From: a virus
IMG/VR virus record: IMGVR_UViG_3300040801_002923
Coordinates: 32,001 to 96,000 of that record
Strand: one strand, 5' to 3'
DNA length: 64,000 nucleotides
The translations under genes were made by a program, and so were the position numbers. Below are positions 28,693-38,442 of the stretch, in pieces. The first letter of the stretch is position 1; each line of letters starts with the position of its first letter. Under the pieces are notes generated by a model that was not told the DNA's origin, did not search any database, and was given only the letters and a program-made list of their open reading frames with translations.

Positions 28693-29241
28693 ATGGAACT
28701 CAAAGTAATCCGTGGTGACCGTCTACTGACTCAATTCAACGAAGACTCTACGTACAACCAACTATACACTGGGATTGTTCAGGCTTTCCCCAACACACGA
28801 AAGCGGCAGAATGCCACAGCTCCGGTTGTGGTTAGTCGTATTGAATATGTCCCGTATGTGAACAACGGTGTGCTACGGGTTGAAGCCGAAGCCCGCAATG
28901 GTCCCGGTCGATATCAACCCGTTATACAGTTTCGTGAAGTGAGCTTTGCAGAACAGGGAGCTAGTAACACCGTCACATTTAGAGCAGCAGACGGTCAGGA
29001 GTATGGCATCGTACCTATCCGTCTAGCGGGGTCAAATATCAAAGTTCGTTGCACGTGTCTCGACTTCTATCACAGATTCAGCATGCACAACCACTCTGAC
29101 GGTAGTTTAGCGGGCAATCCCCCACCTCCGTACGTTCCGAAGGGTGGGCGGCCATCGGTTAATCCAACGCAAACGCCCGGTGTGTGCAAACACATAATTA
29201 AGCTAGTAGAGCAGCTCAAGCGAGCTAGAATCGTTACTTAA
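28693..29241 (+). CDS. SWIM-type zinc finger protein (late)
   Basis: VRCTCLDF...GVCKHI (CxC-xn-CxH). TAAATA at 28681. Confidence 0.75.
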   Translation: MELKVIRGDRLLTQFNEDSTYNQLYTGIVQAFPNTRKRQNATAPVVVSRIEYVPYVNNGVLRVEAEARNGPGRYQPVIQFREVSFAEQGASNTVTFRAADGQEYGIVPIRLAGSNIKVRCTCLDFYHRFSMHNHSDGSLAGNPPPPYVPKGGRPSVNPTQTPGVCKHIIKLVEQLKRARIVT

Positions 29242-30169
29242 CGACCTTACCGCCTTTCTTAAACGCGGCAGTGCTGGGCTTCGCAGGTTCTGCTTTGAAA
29301 CTCTCGAGAACAGCCTTCGCGCGCGCGTCAGCTTCCGCATCAATTTGAACTGAGGCGGCCTTGGGGGCACCTTCGGTAATTACAGGTTTGGCTGGAGCAG
29401 CCTTTTTGGCTTCTGCATTTTTCCGCTCAAGTTGAATCTCGCGGCGCTTTTTCTTCTCAGCTTCCTGTCGCTTGTGCTCACGAATAATTTGCTTAACGTC
29501 TTTATCGCTAGTTTTGGCTAGGGCAGAATCACCTGTCTTCTCTTCAGCAGCTAGCAGCTTCTTGGCAACGCGGCGCGCTTCCGTTAGAGCATCTTGATCC
29601 GCAAGCGGTTTAACATCTACCGGCTTTTTAGCTGGTGCTGGTTTGGCGTCCTCAATAATAGTCTCCGAAGACGTCAGACGAGAGATAATGTCCTTGACTT
29701 GATCTTCTGTGACATTATCTCCTGGTCGCGCTGGCCGCTGTACTACCCGCTTCTCAGGCACATGATCTTTGGCCTTTGGTTTCACCGGTGTGGTTGGCGC
29801 CGGCTCTTCGGTTACAGGCTTCGGTGCATCCGCCGCCCGCGACTCGACACGCATTTGCATGTCTTCGCGCTTTACGTAAATCTCCGGGGACTTACTAACG
29901 GTGATTTCGCCTCTATGGGCTTCGAAATAGTAGCCCGTGATCACAGCCGTCACAGTGAATGTGTATGTGGTAGGTACAAGGTATTGCATCTTCGGTAGGT
30001 CAACGCCCCATTTGCCGGGCTTCACACGCTTACACTCAAAACACATGTCAAATGGCTGAGACAAGATGTTGAAGCACACTTTAGCGTCACTATCATCTAG
30101 ACCTTCAACAACAAGGTCGAATTCAAAATAGTGCTCGCGGCTGTTGACGATAATCAGTTGTTCGCTCAT
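29234..30169 (-). CDS. hypothetical late protein (beta-rich N-terminus, Pro/Ala/Lys-rich tail)
   Basis: 311 aa ORF, GAGG SD, minus-strand TAAATA at 30191-30196. Confidence 0.8.
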   Translation of the reverse strand: MSEQLIIVNSREHYFEFDLVVEGLDDSDAKVCFNILSQPFDMCFECKRVKPGKWGVDLPKMQYLVPTTYTFTVTAVITGYYFEAHRGEITVSKSPEIYVKREDMQMRVESRAADAPKPVTEEPAPTTPVKPKAKDHVPEKRVVQRPARPGDNVTEDQVKDIISRLTSSETIIEDAKPAPAKKPVDVKPLADQDALTEARRVAKKLLAAEEKTGDSALAKTSDKDVKQIIREHKRQEAEKKKRREIQLERKNAEAKKAAPAKPVITEGAPKAASVQIDAEADARAKAVLESFKAEPAKPSTAAFKKGGKVVK

Positions 30170-30204
30170 GAGATCCTCTTGTACAGAGCGTATTTATGGG
30201 AGCC

Positions 30205-30660
30205 TTACCTCTTCTTCCTGAAGTTGAGGGCCTTAACGATGTTCTTGGAGATGCGTTGGATGTTCTGAGCAGCCACTCTCATTCGTTCTTCTGTCATATT
30301 CATGAAATTGGCCACACGAACAATCGTCTTCGCACGCTTAGCAGAAACAATGTATTCCTTTTCTGTGGTGGTTTCACCTATCGTGATTCGAAGGGTAACA
30401 TGATTCTTTTCACGGAAGATGTCAGGATACTCGGGGCGAACGTACCCTGGGTGATCCACAGGCTGATACAGGTTGCCAATCTCCCCAGGCGCCATGGGGT
30501 GGCTACCACCGCCGCCCGGGCGGACAATAACTTCGATCTTACCCGCTAGATGGAAAATGTGAGCTGTAATCAGTCCACCACTACATGCAGGTAAGCAACT
30601 GATGCCGCCTGTAATGATTTGGGTACAAACCTGCGACTCGGTAAGGGTCGTTTCTGACAT
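30205..30660 (-). CDS. hypothetical late protein
   Basis: TAATG-coupled to the upstream gene. Confidence 0.75.
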   Translation of the reverse strand: MSETTLTESQVCTQIITGGISCLPACSGGLITAHIFHLAGKIEVIVRPGGGGSHPMAPGEIGNLYQPVDHPGYVRPEYPDIFREKNHVTLRITIGETTTEKEYIVSAKRAKTIVRVANFMNMTEERMRVAAQNIQRISKNIVKALNFRKKR

Positions 30661-31238
30661 TACGGTTGTGGATCTCTCTCACAAACCTCAGCTGTGCTTG
30701 GTGTTCCGGTGCGATCTCTGAGCGTGAAGACAGTCAGAGGTGTCACCCCATCATCGTCAAACACAGTCAGGGTTTTAGCAGTGGTGTCAATGCGAGTACG
30801 GTTTGTGTGGTATTTGCGAACAAGATCAATTAGAGCTTCTATGTCCACAAGATCCAGCAAAATCTGTTCAGTATTCGAGAAAGTCGCGTTCGCCCGCCCG
30901 CCCATCGTAAAGACATCTGTATAAGCAGATTGATCAGCTTCCCATACGCCATCGGCAATCACCTCCGGCTCCGAGGCACAGCAGGCACCCTCTTGAAAGC
31001 GCTCAAATGGGCTGGAAATGCTACTGCCTCCGTCGGCGTCATATACGAAATCCTCACGAGGGTCAAAACCATCTACGTCAGTGAATTCATATTTGTACCA
31101 GCCGTTCGCTACCTCAACCATGGCACCATCATTTACAACTAGCGCATCGTCACTGAGTCGATAGATGTCGATAGTTGGTGTAAGACCTGTTTGTGGCGTG
31201 CCATTGTTTCGAAATCTGGCAGCGATGACTTTTGCCAT
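30660..31238 (-). CDS. hypothetical virion protein
   Basis: AGGAG SD region, minus-strand TATAAATA at 31271-31278; GLTPTIDI...EVANGWYKY beta-rich N-terminus. Confidence 0.75.
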   Translation of the reverse strand: MAKVIAARFRNNGTPQTGLTPTIDIYRLSDDALVVNDGAMVEVANGWYKYEFTDVDGFDPREDFVYDADGGSSISSPFERFQEGACCASEPEVIADGVWEADQSAYTDVFTMGGRANATFSNTEQILLDLVDIEALIDLVRKYHTNRTRIDTTAKTLTVFDDDGVTPLTVFTLRDRTGTPSTAEVCERDPQP

Positions 31239-31340
31239 AACCCTTTGTGCTCCTGACGACGTTCGACTCGTATTTATATCACCTTCCAAACGCGCTTCAT
31301 AAATAAGGCAAACACGTATACACAGGTTTCGGAGCGCTGA

Positions 31341-31586
31341 ATGAGCATGTTTTCCCTTCTTTCGGGTCTAGATCGAGACGCTAAAGCTGCAGCGGCGCTC
31401 GACCCCAATGCACCCAGTATCACATATCAGCAGTACGATATTCCGGTGAGCGGTGAGGAGACATGTGTCCTTATTCCAGAGCGAGAATGTAATAACTTTG
31501 AGAACGCCGTGATAGAAGCCGGTGAGCTCTCACAAATCAAACTGAAGAAGCTGGTGAGGGAACACCGCGGCATCTTCTCACAATAA
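31341..31586 (+). CDS. hypothetical late protein
   Basis: TAAATA at 31300, GGAG SD. Confidence 0.65.
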   Translation: MSMFSLLSGLDRDAKAAAALDPNAPSITYQQYDIPVSGEETCVLIPERECNNFENAVIEAGELSQIKLKKLVREHRGIFSQ

Positions 31587-31600
31587 CCATAAGGTAGAAT

Positions 31601-32089
31601 ATGTCAGGAGTAGTCCTACTAAGACCAGTTGGTGGCGGCGGATCAGGAACGTCAAATATCACGATCAGTACGATTAACGGCCAGCTGGTACCTACATTTC
31701 AGGACACCACACGTTCAAAGCAGCTTAGCGTTACAGATCACCCAGTTGTGTGGTCTGAAAATAGGCTACGCGACCGCGATTGGCTAAATATTGGTAATGC
31801 CGTCGATGCTGTGAGTGGTTATATTGCTGACCTCAATGGAACAATTGTGAGTGCCGTTGCACAATGTGAGAGCACAGGAGTTGCGGAAAAGGAAATCCAC
31901 GTGTTCGTAAATGGCACAGATCAGGGAAGTTTGGGTATTTTAGGTCCGGGAACTGGAGTGACCTTTATAAATACATCAACAGACATTGACTTTAACCAAG
32001 GCGACTTGATTCGCCTCCGTGCCCTGGATGGCGTTTCGGGCCAGATTGAAGACACGGTGGTTAAACTCACACTAAAGTGGCGAGCTTAA
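31601..32089 (+). CDS. fibre-tip-like structural protein; stand-alone paralogue of the next gene's C-terminus
   Basis: PVVWSENR..DW..IGNAVDA.SGY...IEDTVV...LKWR is shared with the end of 32104-34953. Confidence 0.75.
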   Translation: MSGVVLLRPVGGGGSGTSNITISTINGQLVPTFQDTTRSKQLSVTDHPVVWSENRLRDRDWLNIGNAVDAVSGYIADLNGTIVSAVAQCESTGVAEKEIHVFVNGTDQGSLGILGPGTGVTFINTSTDIDFNQGDLIRLRALDGVSGQIEDTVVKLTLKWRA

Positions 32090-32103
32090 GGAGAAGCTAA
32101 CAA

Positions 32104-34953
32104 ATGAGTTTTATCGTTCGTAACCTAACAGGTTCGGCAATCGCGATTGACGATCTGGGGTTGACAATCCCGGCATCAGCTGACCTGGACATCACATCCG
32201 AGCAACCACAAGACGTTGCTCTATCTGACGACCTTGTAGCTGCCATTCAAGCGAACAGCGTCGCTGTTCTAGATCCACTCGATGGAACTACCCCACTAAA
32301 CGCGGCACGAAGTGAAGAGATCGTTCGTGTTCACAACGATCCGCACTATCGGATCCGAGGTGGTACTCTAGATCAGCTCGAAGATGTTGATCTGACTGGT
32401 GCAGCACAAGACTTCGTGCTGCAGCAAAACGGTGCAGGCACGTTCGTTCCCGTATCTCCTTCATCGCTTGCTTCGAACATTAATCTCGACGACCTCGGTG
32501 ATGTTGATGACGCAACGCCACACACTCTCGACACAATTTATGTGTTCAAGGGTGATGGCACAAACCTCGATGTCGTTGACGCAACAGCTGATCCAGAATT
32601 TGGTGAGGTTATCGAAGACATTATTGGTGCAGCATTCCAGAATGGTACTGACACCACTTTTGTGTATGACGATGGGAATGGTACTCTTCAGGTAGACGTT
32701 GATGACGTATTCCTACGCAACACAGGCGATACACTCGACAGCGGCACGCTAACAATCGCTTCTGGTGCAGCAATCAACGTAGCGACGGGCGGCACGCTTA
32801 CAATCCAAGACGATCCCGTTAACCCCAAGGATGCGGCTAACAAGGAGTACGTTGACAGCGTAGCATCAGGTCTCGATCCAAAAGAATCCGTACGAGTCGC
32901 AACGACGCCAGTAGGCGGTGACATTGGTGGTACATATAACTCTGCTGGTGGTACAGGCGGTACGGGTAACTTCACCGGTGTCGACCTTACCTCCGATGCG
33001 ATTTTCGACGGTGTGCCATCAGGCGTCGGCGCTCTCCAGGTCGGCGACCGTATTCTCATCAAAAACCAGACTGACAGCACACAGAACGGTATCTACGTTG
33101 TAACCGTTGCTGGGGCAGCTGGCTCTATCGAACGTGCTCCGGACCACGACGCCTCTCCTTCTAACGAAGTGTCTGGTGGTAACTTCACGTTCGTTGAGAA
33201 CGGTACCGTTAACGCGGGCACAGGTTGGGTATTGCAGGGCGACGGCGAACAAACACTGAACACAGATCCGATCACATGGGCGCAGTTCAGCGAAAGTACA
33301 ACATTGAACGCCGGGGAAGGTCTGTCGCAGAGTGGTAGCACAATTGATCTCGATATCGACGACCTAACCGTTGCTTCAATCGTAGATACAGACTTCCTTG
33401 CGTTTCACGATGGCAACGGAGCAGCACAGCCATCCGGTTCTCAAACATACAAGATTACAGCAGCTGACTTTATTGCTGATCTGGGTATTCTCACCGGTGG
33501 TCCAGGTGGCGCTCTAACAGCGTCTGATGGTGTCCTGATCACAGCTGGTAATGACATCCAGCTTGACATCACTAGCCTCGCCAACACGCCTGTAACAGCT
33601 GCTGATGAGCTGGTATTTGACGATGGTGCTTCAGGCTCTCACATCAAGCGTACGGCTGGTGACTTCCTTAACGACTTGGACGTTGTACGCAATCTGGGTG
33701 GTAACGGTATTGCTGTACAAACGGCGCCTGACACATATACGGCACGCTCAATCGCAGTTGATGGTCTTGGCAACCTAGACGGTCTTGCCGTTACAAACGG
33801 TGACGGTGTTGCTGGTAACCCTACACTCGGCCTCGACATCCAGAACCTGCCAATTCAAACGGGCATTTCCACAGTTGACCGAGTTGCTGTTTACGACGTA
33901 ACTGCCGATGCAAACGTCTACTACACAGTTGGCGACATCGCTGGTGCTCTTGCAAACGTCAACTCTTTTGAAACATGGTCCGCAGCTGGTAACACGACAG
34001 GTGATGCGAGCATCGTTGCCGACGACGCGACCGATACAGTAACACTGACTGGTGGCACGGGTATCAACATCGATTTCAATTCCGCGTCTGATACGCTGGT
34101 ATTTGACTTCGACGTCGCCCTACTGACAGCTGGTACAGGTCCTCTTACGCTTTCGGATCAGATTGTTGTACTCGACGGTACAGATAATCTGCGCTTCACA
34201 CTGCAGGATCTGGTTGACGATCTCGACATCGTTAACGGTATCGCGGCTGACGGTATTCTGGTCCGCACAGCAGCTGATACATACGCTTCTCGCACGATCG
34301 AAGCTTCCGCCGCAGCTGGCGAAGAAGGTCTAACGGTAACAAACGGCGACGGTGTTGCTGGTAACCCAACAGTCGGCCTAGATATCGACAACCTGGCTGA
34401 CAGCGCCGACGATCTAGCGGCAACTGATGAGCTTGTTGCATTCGATGGCACGAACAATGTTTCGATGTCTGGTCAGCAGGTTGCTGACGGTGTATCAACA
34501 ATTCTGGGTCTAGGCGGATTGACGGTAACAACAATCGGCGGCCAGGAAGTCCTAACACTCGAAGATACAACACGAGCAAACAAAGTGCTTTCGATTGAGA
34601 CAACGCCAGTTGTATGGTCTGAAAACCGCATCACCAACAACGATTGGATGAGTATCGGTAACGCCGTTGACGCCGACAGTGGATATGTTCTTCCTCTCAA
34701 CGCAACAATTGTTAAGGTGTCGATGCACACAGCAGACGACAATAACAACTCGAAGGGCATCGATCTTTACATCGACGGTGTGAATAACGGTAACATCGCT
34801 GCGTTCACAGCTGTGAACGGTGAAAACGAAGTTACCGACGTTACTCTCAACATCGATGTCAACGCTGGCCAGAAGATTCGTCTACGCGGCGATGCAGCCG
34901 GTGGTGTAATTGAGGACACTGTAGTTACCGTATGGCTCAAGTGGAGAGGCTAA
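32104..34953 (+). CDS. long fibre / virion structural protein
   Basis: DAANKEYVD, GLDPKESVRVAT...GDRILIKNQT...QNGIYVV fibre module, and duplicated TNGDGVAGNPTxGLDI repeats. Confidence 0.8.
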   Translation: MSFIVRNLTGSAIAIDDLGLTIPASADLDITSEQPQDVALSDDLVAAIQANSVAVLDPLDGTTPLNAARSEEIVRVHNDPHYRIRGGTLDQLEDVDLTGAAQDFVLQQNGAGTFVPVSPSSLASNINLDDLGDVDDATPHTLDTIYVFKGDGTNLDVVDATADPEFGEVIEDIIGAAFQNGTDTTFVYDDGNGTLQVDVDDVFLRNTGDTLDSGTLTIASGAAINVATGGTLTIQDDPVNPKDAANKEYVDSVASGLDPKESVRVATTPVGGDIGGTYNSAGGTGGTGNFTGVDLTSDAIFDGVPSGVGALQVGDRILIKNQTDSTQNGIYVVTVAGAAGSIERAPDHDASPSNEVSGGNFTFVENGTVNAGTGWVLQGDGEQTLNTDPITWAQFSESTTLNAGEGLSQSGSTIDLDIDDLTVASIVDTDFLAFHDGNGAAQPSGSQTYKITAADFIADLGILTGGPGGALTASDGVLITAGNDIQLDITSLANTPVTAADELVFDDGASGSHIKRTAGDFLNDLDVVRNLGGNGIAVQTAPDTYTARSIAVDGLGNLDGLAVTNGDGVAGNPTLGLDIQNLPIQTGISTVDRVAVYDVTADANVYYTVGDIAGALANVNSFETWSAAGNTTGDASIVADDATDTVTLTGGTGINIDFNSASDTLVFDFDVALLTAGTGPLTLSDQIVVLDGTDNLRFTLQDLVDDLDIVNGIAADGILVRTAADTYASRTIEASAAAGEEGLTVTNGDGVAGNPTVGLDIDNLADSADDLAATDELVAFDGTNNVSMSGQQVADGVSTILGLGGLTVTTIGGQEVLTLEDTTRANKVLSIETTPVVWSENRITNNDWMSIGNAVDADSGYVLPLNATIVKVSMHTADDNNNSKGIDLYIDGVNNGNIAAFTAVNGENEVTDVTLNIDVNAGQKIRLRGDAAGGVIEDTVVTVWLKWRG

Positions 34954-35012
34954 TCATCTGATTAGCCTCTTACTCTCCTAAATACGTTAATACTGTTGGA
35001 GAGTGCTAAAGC

Positions 35013-35957
35013 GTGTTCATAATTCGTAATGTTGCTCCGGGGGTTGTAATACTCGATGATTTGGGTATCGAGCTGCAGCCCTTGGAGGAGTACAACTTCT
35101 CTGAAAACGAGAGTCCAAACGATGTTCAAATCAGTAGCGATCTCCGCGATCGCATCAGCGCTGGTGACATTGTTGTACTTGACCCCCTCGACAACGTAAC
35201 GGCCCTTAACACTATTCGTAGTTTAGAAGCTGTCGATCTAGCCAACTCTCCGAACTACCGCATCTTTGGGGGTGACCTCAACCAGCTCGAAGATGTTGTG
35301 ATCACCACACCAACCACCAATCAGTTACTGAGATACAACGGTTCGGAGTGGGTGAACGTAACGATTGACGAAATCGGAACGATCGTTGTAGAGGATGAGG
35401 GGGTGACAGTTCCAGGCGGACCGCACGGCACTCTCAATTTCGTGGGGCCGGGCGTAGTTGTAACAGACGCCGGCAACGGCGAAGCAACGGTAACAATCAC
35501 TGGTACTGAGCAATCGCATCTACTACGCACCAATGGAGTAACCACTCAAACGTTTAACACAACCCCAATCACAGTGTTGTTTGGTACGAGCGTACGCACA
35601 GACACGGAGTTCGCATATAGTGCTGGAGTTGTTACTGTGAGTGAAGCCGGCTGGTACGATATTGCATTTGATGTCACCACACAAGCCACGGCGGGTACTG
35701 CATTCTTCTCAACGGCCCAAGCGACTGCCCAAGCATCTATCTTCATAAATGGTGTGGAAGACACCGACACGAGAGCATATGGGTGGCACCACGCTTCTGC
35801 TGGCAATACAACTACTTTCTCTAGTCGGATGAAGGTTAATCTCGCGGCTAATGACGATATAGAAGTACGCGTCGTTCGTTCGGGCGGAGACAACTTGGGA
35901 CTACAAACACTAGCACAGGGATGTCGATTGGCTATTCAATCGATCGACGCACCATAA
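35013..35957 (+). CDS. fibre protein with a C1q/BclA-like C-terminal domain
   Basis: N-terminus is paralogous to 32104; LNQLEDV..QLLRYNGSEWVN; VTVSEAGWYDI...LAANDDIEVRV. Confidence 0.7.
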   Translation: MFIIRNVAPGVVILDDLGIELQPLEEYNFSENESPNDVQISSDLRDRISAGDIVVLDPLDNVTALNTIRSLEAVDLANSPNYRIFGGDLNQLEDVVITTPTTNQLLRYNGSEWVNVTIDEIGTIVVEDEGVTVPGGPHGTLNFVGPGVVVTDAGNGEATVTITGTEQSHLLRTNGVTTQTFNTTPITVLFGTSVRTDTEFAYSAGVVTVSEAGWYDIAFDVTTQATAGTAFFSTAQATAQASIFINGVEDTDTRAYGWHHASAGNTTTFSSRMKVNLAANDDIEVRVVRSGGDNLGLQTLAQGCRLAIQSIDAP

Positions 35958-35958
35958 T

Positions 35959-37626
35959 ATGGCAGTCACTTATCTAAGAGCGTTTACAACAACATGTCCG
36001 GGTGCTCTAATTGACGCAGTTAACGATGACGTGTCAATCACACCGGTACTTGAACAGATCACAAACGAAGGTGGAGCTGGGAACTCTACGTTCTACTTCA
36101 CGTCTGCTCTATCCGGGCCAGAAGAGACAGCTTTTGATGCTATTCTCTCAACGTGGACGTGTGATCCTATTCCTGAAACGTACACCAGTTTCGACGAGTT
36201 TGCTGACGATGTGCGCGGATTTGGAATCTACGCGTACGCAAAGACGCAGGGCAATGGTACGCCTGTTTCGAGCAATGGTTTGCTGGTTACGCGAACGGGC
36301 GTCGGCGTATATCAGTACGAATTCACACAACCATACGGTTCTGCCGATTACGCAGTAGTTGGCAATCCAATTCTAACCGTAACCGATACCAATTTGCAGG
36401 TATCAAACGAAACATCAACAGGATTCACAGTTACGGTAGGACAAGGCGATAACGGTACAACATCTGATGTGCCAGTCGACGAACTCCACACAGTTGTTGT
36501 GTTTGGCGTAGATGGACCAACTGGCTTAGGAAGTGCTTACCAATCATGGCTTGCAGTTGGTAATGTAGGAACAGAAGAAGACTTCCTTGATGATCTTCGT
36601 CCACCACCAGCCGATCTCGCTGTCGTTCAGGCTCGTCGTTCTACAATTGCTGCAGATATCCCCCTCGCGTGGATTGATGTAAACTTTGATGTCACTGATG
36701 TAGAAAACGATCCTGCGGTTATAGAGCACGACGATGTTCTTCGTGATCGCATCCTGATCAAGGAAACAGGACTGTACGAAGTGTGGTATTCGTGGACCGT
36801 TGACGACGAAGCGCAGGGCCGTGTGCGTGTTAACGATAATGTTGTCCTGCCTGGATCTGAGCGCGAGGCTGGTGAGATATTCGACGCCAATGATGTTATC
36901 GTAAGCATGAGCGTGAAAACAATCGCTCAGCTAACAGCGGGTGATTTCCTAACAGTTCAGATCCAATCACGCACAACAGCCGAAATTTTGTTTGAGAATG
37001 CGACATTCATTGTAACAAAACTTGAAGGCACCCAGGGCCCAGCTGGCCCACCTGGTGCTGGTTCTTCGGTTGTGCTCGAAGACGAGGGTGCTTTGGTACC
37101 CGGTGGCCCTCACGGTATACTTAACTTTGTTGGCGACGGCGTCAACGTAGTTGACGCAGGCGGCGGTAGAGCTACTGTCAACGTTCCCGGTTTCGAAGGA
37201 AAGGAAATCTTCTACCACCACAACGGCACAACGACGCAGACGTTGTCAGGTTCGTTTGCTACAGCGCTGTTTAACTCAGCTGTTCGAACAGACGGTGGAG
37301 CTTTCTCGTATGCTTCAGGAGAAGTGACAGTCACACAAACGGGGTGGTATGAAGTCACATACAACATCGGCGCTGACTCCGACAATGGCGATCGCTCGAC
37401 ACTAGAAGCAGTGCTTCAGCAAAATGCTGTCGACGTGCCAGGCACGTTTGCTTACTCGTATCATCGAACTTCCGCCGCGGGTGAAAATACAGCGTCATGC
37501 ACAGCGATTGTAAATATCACAGCGAACGATGTGATGCGAGTTCGGATTCGCATTCGCGACGGCTCAGGAATCGTAACACTATCGAACGCGTGCCGCCTAA
37601 TGATTAGACGCGTCGATGGGCCTTAA
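35959..37626 (+). CDS. fibre protein with two C1q/BclA-like domains and a short collagen segment
   Basis: ILIKETGLYEV...LTAGDFLTVQ, GTQGPAGPPGAG, VTVTQTGWYEV...ITANDVMRVR. Confidence 0.7.
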   Translation: MAVTYLRAFTTTCPGALIDAVNDDVSITPVLEQITNEGGAGNSTFYFTSALSGPEETAFDAILSTWTCDPIPETYTSFDEFADDVRGFGIYAYAKTQGNGTPVSSNGLLVTRTGVGVYQYEFTQPYGSADYAVVGNPILTVTDTNLQVSNETSTGFTVTVGQGDNGTTSDVPVDELHTVVVFGVDGPTGLGSAYQSWLAVGNVGTEEDFLDDLRPPPADLAVVQARRSTIAADIPLAWIDVNFDVTDVENDPAVIEHDDVLRDRILIKETGLYEVWYSWTVDDEAQGRVRVNDNVVLPGSEREAGEIFDANDVIVSMSVKTIAQLTAGDFLTVQIQSRTTAEILFENATFIVTKLEGTQGPAGPPGAGSSVVLEDEGALVPGGPHGILNFVGDGVNVVDAGGGRATVNVPGFEGKEIFYHHNGTTTQTLSGSFATALFNSAVRTDGGAFSYASGEVTVTQTGWYEVTYNIGADSDNGDRSTLEAVLQQNAVDVPGTFAYSYHRTSAAGENTASCTAIVNITANDVMRVRIRIRDGSGIVTLSNACRLMIRRVDGP

Positions 37627-37636
37627 AGAGTAAGCT

Positions 37637-38428
37637 ATGTCAAACTATACCAGAACATTTTCAACCGACTGTCCTGCTGCTCTGCTTGAGGCTATCAACG
37701 CAGATGCTAACATCACATCTTCGCTGGTGCAGATTGTCTCTCTTGCTGGGGGTACTGCAATATTTGAGTTCGACGGCGAACTGACGAGCAACGAAGTCAC
37801 ACAACTTGATGGCATATTGTCGGGGTGGACGTGCCCACCGCCAGTAAATGATATCGACGGAATGCTTGTTGTCGACGGTGATCCTGCTGAGACCACACCA
37901 AACACACTTTGGTCCTCGTCACGCGTGGTTGAATTCACTACAGCTGAGATTACTGCAGTTTCAGCTGGCGATCCAAATAACCTAACTGGTAAGACGTTTG
38001 GTGCAACGTTTGTTCACAACTCCGGCGCAAAAAACGTATGGCTGCGACACGAATCTCATGACGGTGGGCTATCTTCAGATAAGGTACCTTTTGTGATTCC
38101 ATGGGATTGTAACCTAGTAGCGGTTACATACAGCAACCGTGAGTACACATCACGTGTTGACGTTGAAGTATGGGCCACACCTCTGGGGCAGAACCCTGAG
38201 ACTAACTGCACAAAAAAATGTACTTTGGAAATTCGCAACCATCGAACTGCTGTAGCAACAGACCTTGGAGGTACTATCGCATTCAATCGGGGCGATACGG
38301 TAGCTGTATACGTAGCCGACCGGGGAGAAGAAGCTGATCACCCCGTTGTTCACCTAACGATGCTAATCACCGACAACACGATTGGTAATGTTAGCGATAA
38401 CTTCCGCGACGATTTCGACCGCGACTAA
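37637..38428 (+). CDS. virion structural protein
   Basis: N-terminus is paralogous to 35959; C-terminus resembles the 31601 domain. Confidence 0.7.
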   Translation: MSNYTRTFSTDCPAALLEAINADANITSSLVQIVSLAGGTAIFEFDGELTSNEVTQLDGILSGWTCPPPVNDIDGMLVVDGDPAETTPNTLWSSSRVVEFTTAEITAVSAGDPNNLTGKTFGATFVHNSGAKNVWLRHESHDGGLSSDKVPFVIPWDCNLVAVTYSNREYTSRVDVEVWATPLGQNPETNCTKKCTLEIRNHRTAVATDLGGTIAFNRGDTVAVYVADRGEEADHPVVHLTMLITDNTIGNVSDNFRDDFDRD

Positions 38429-38442
38429 TAGGTAAATACAAC

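Noticed and set aside
31601-34953. DGR template/variable repeat pair
   Set aside because: Differences between the paralogous C-termini are not adenine-specific, both copies are coding, and no reverse transcriptase is present.
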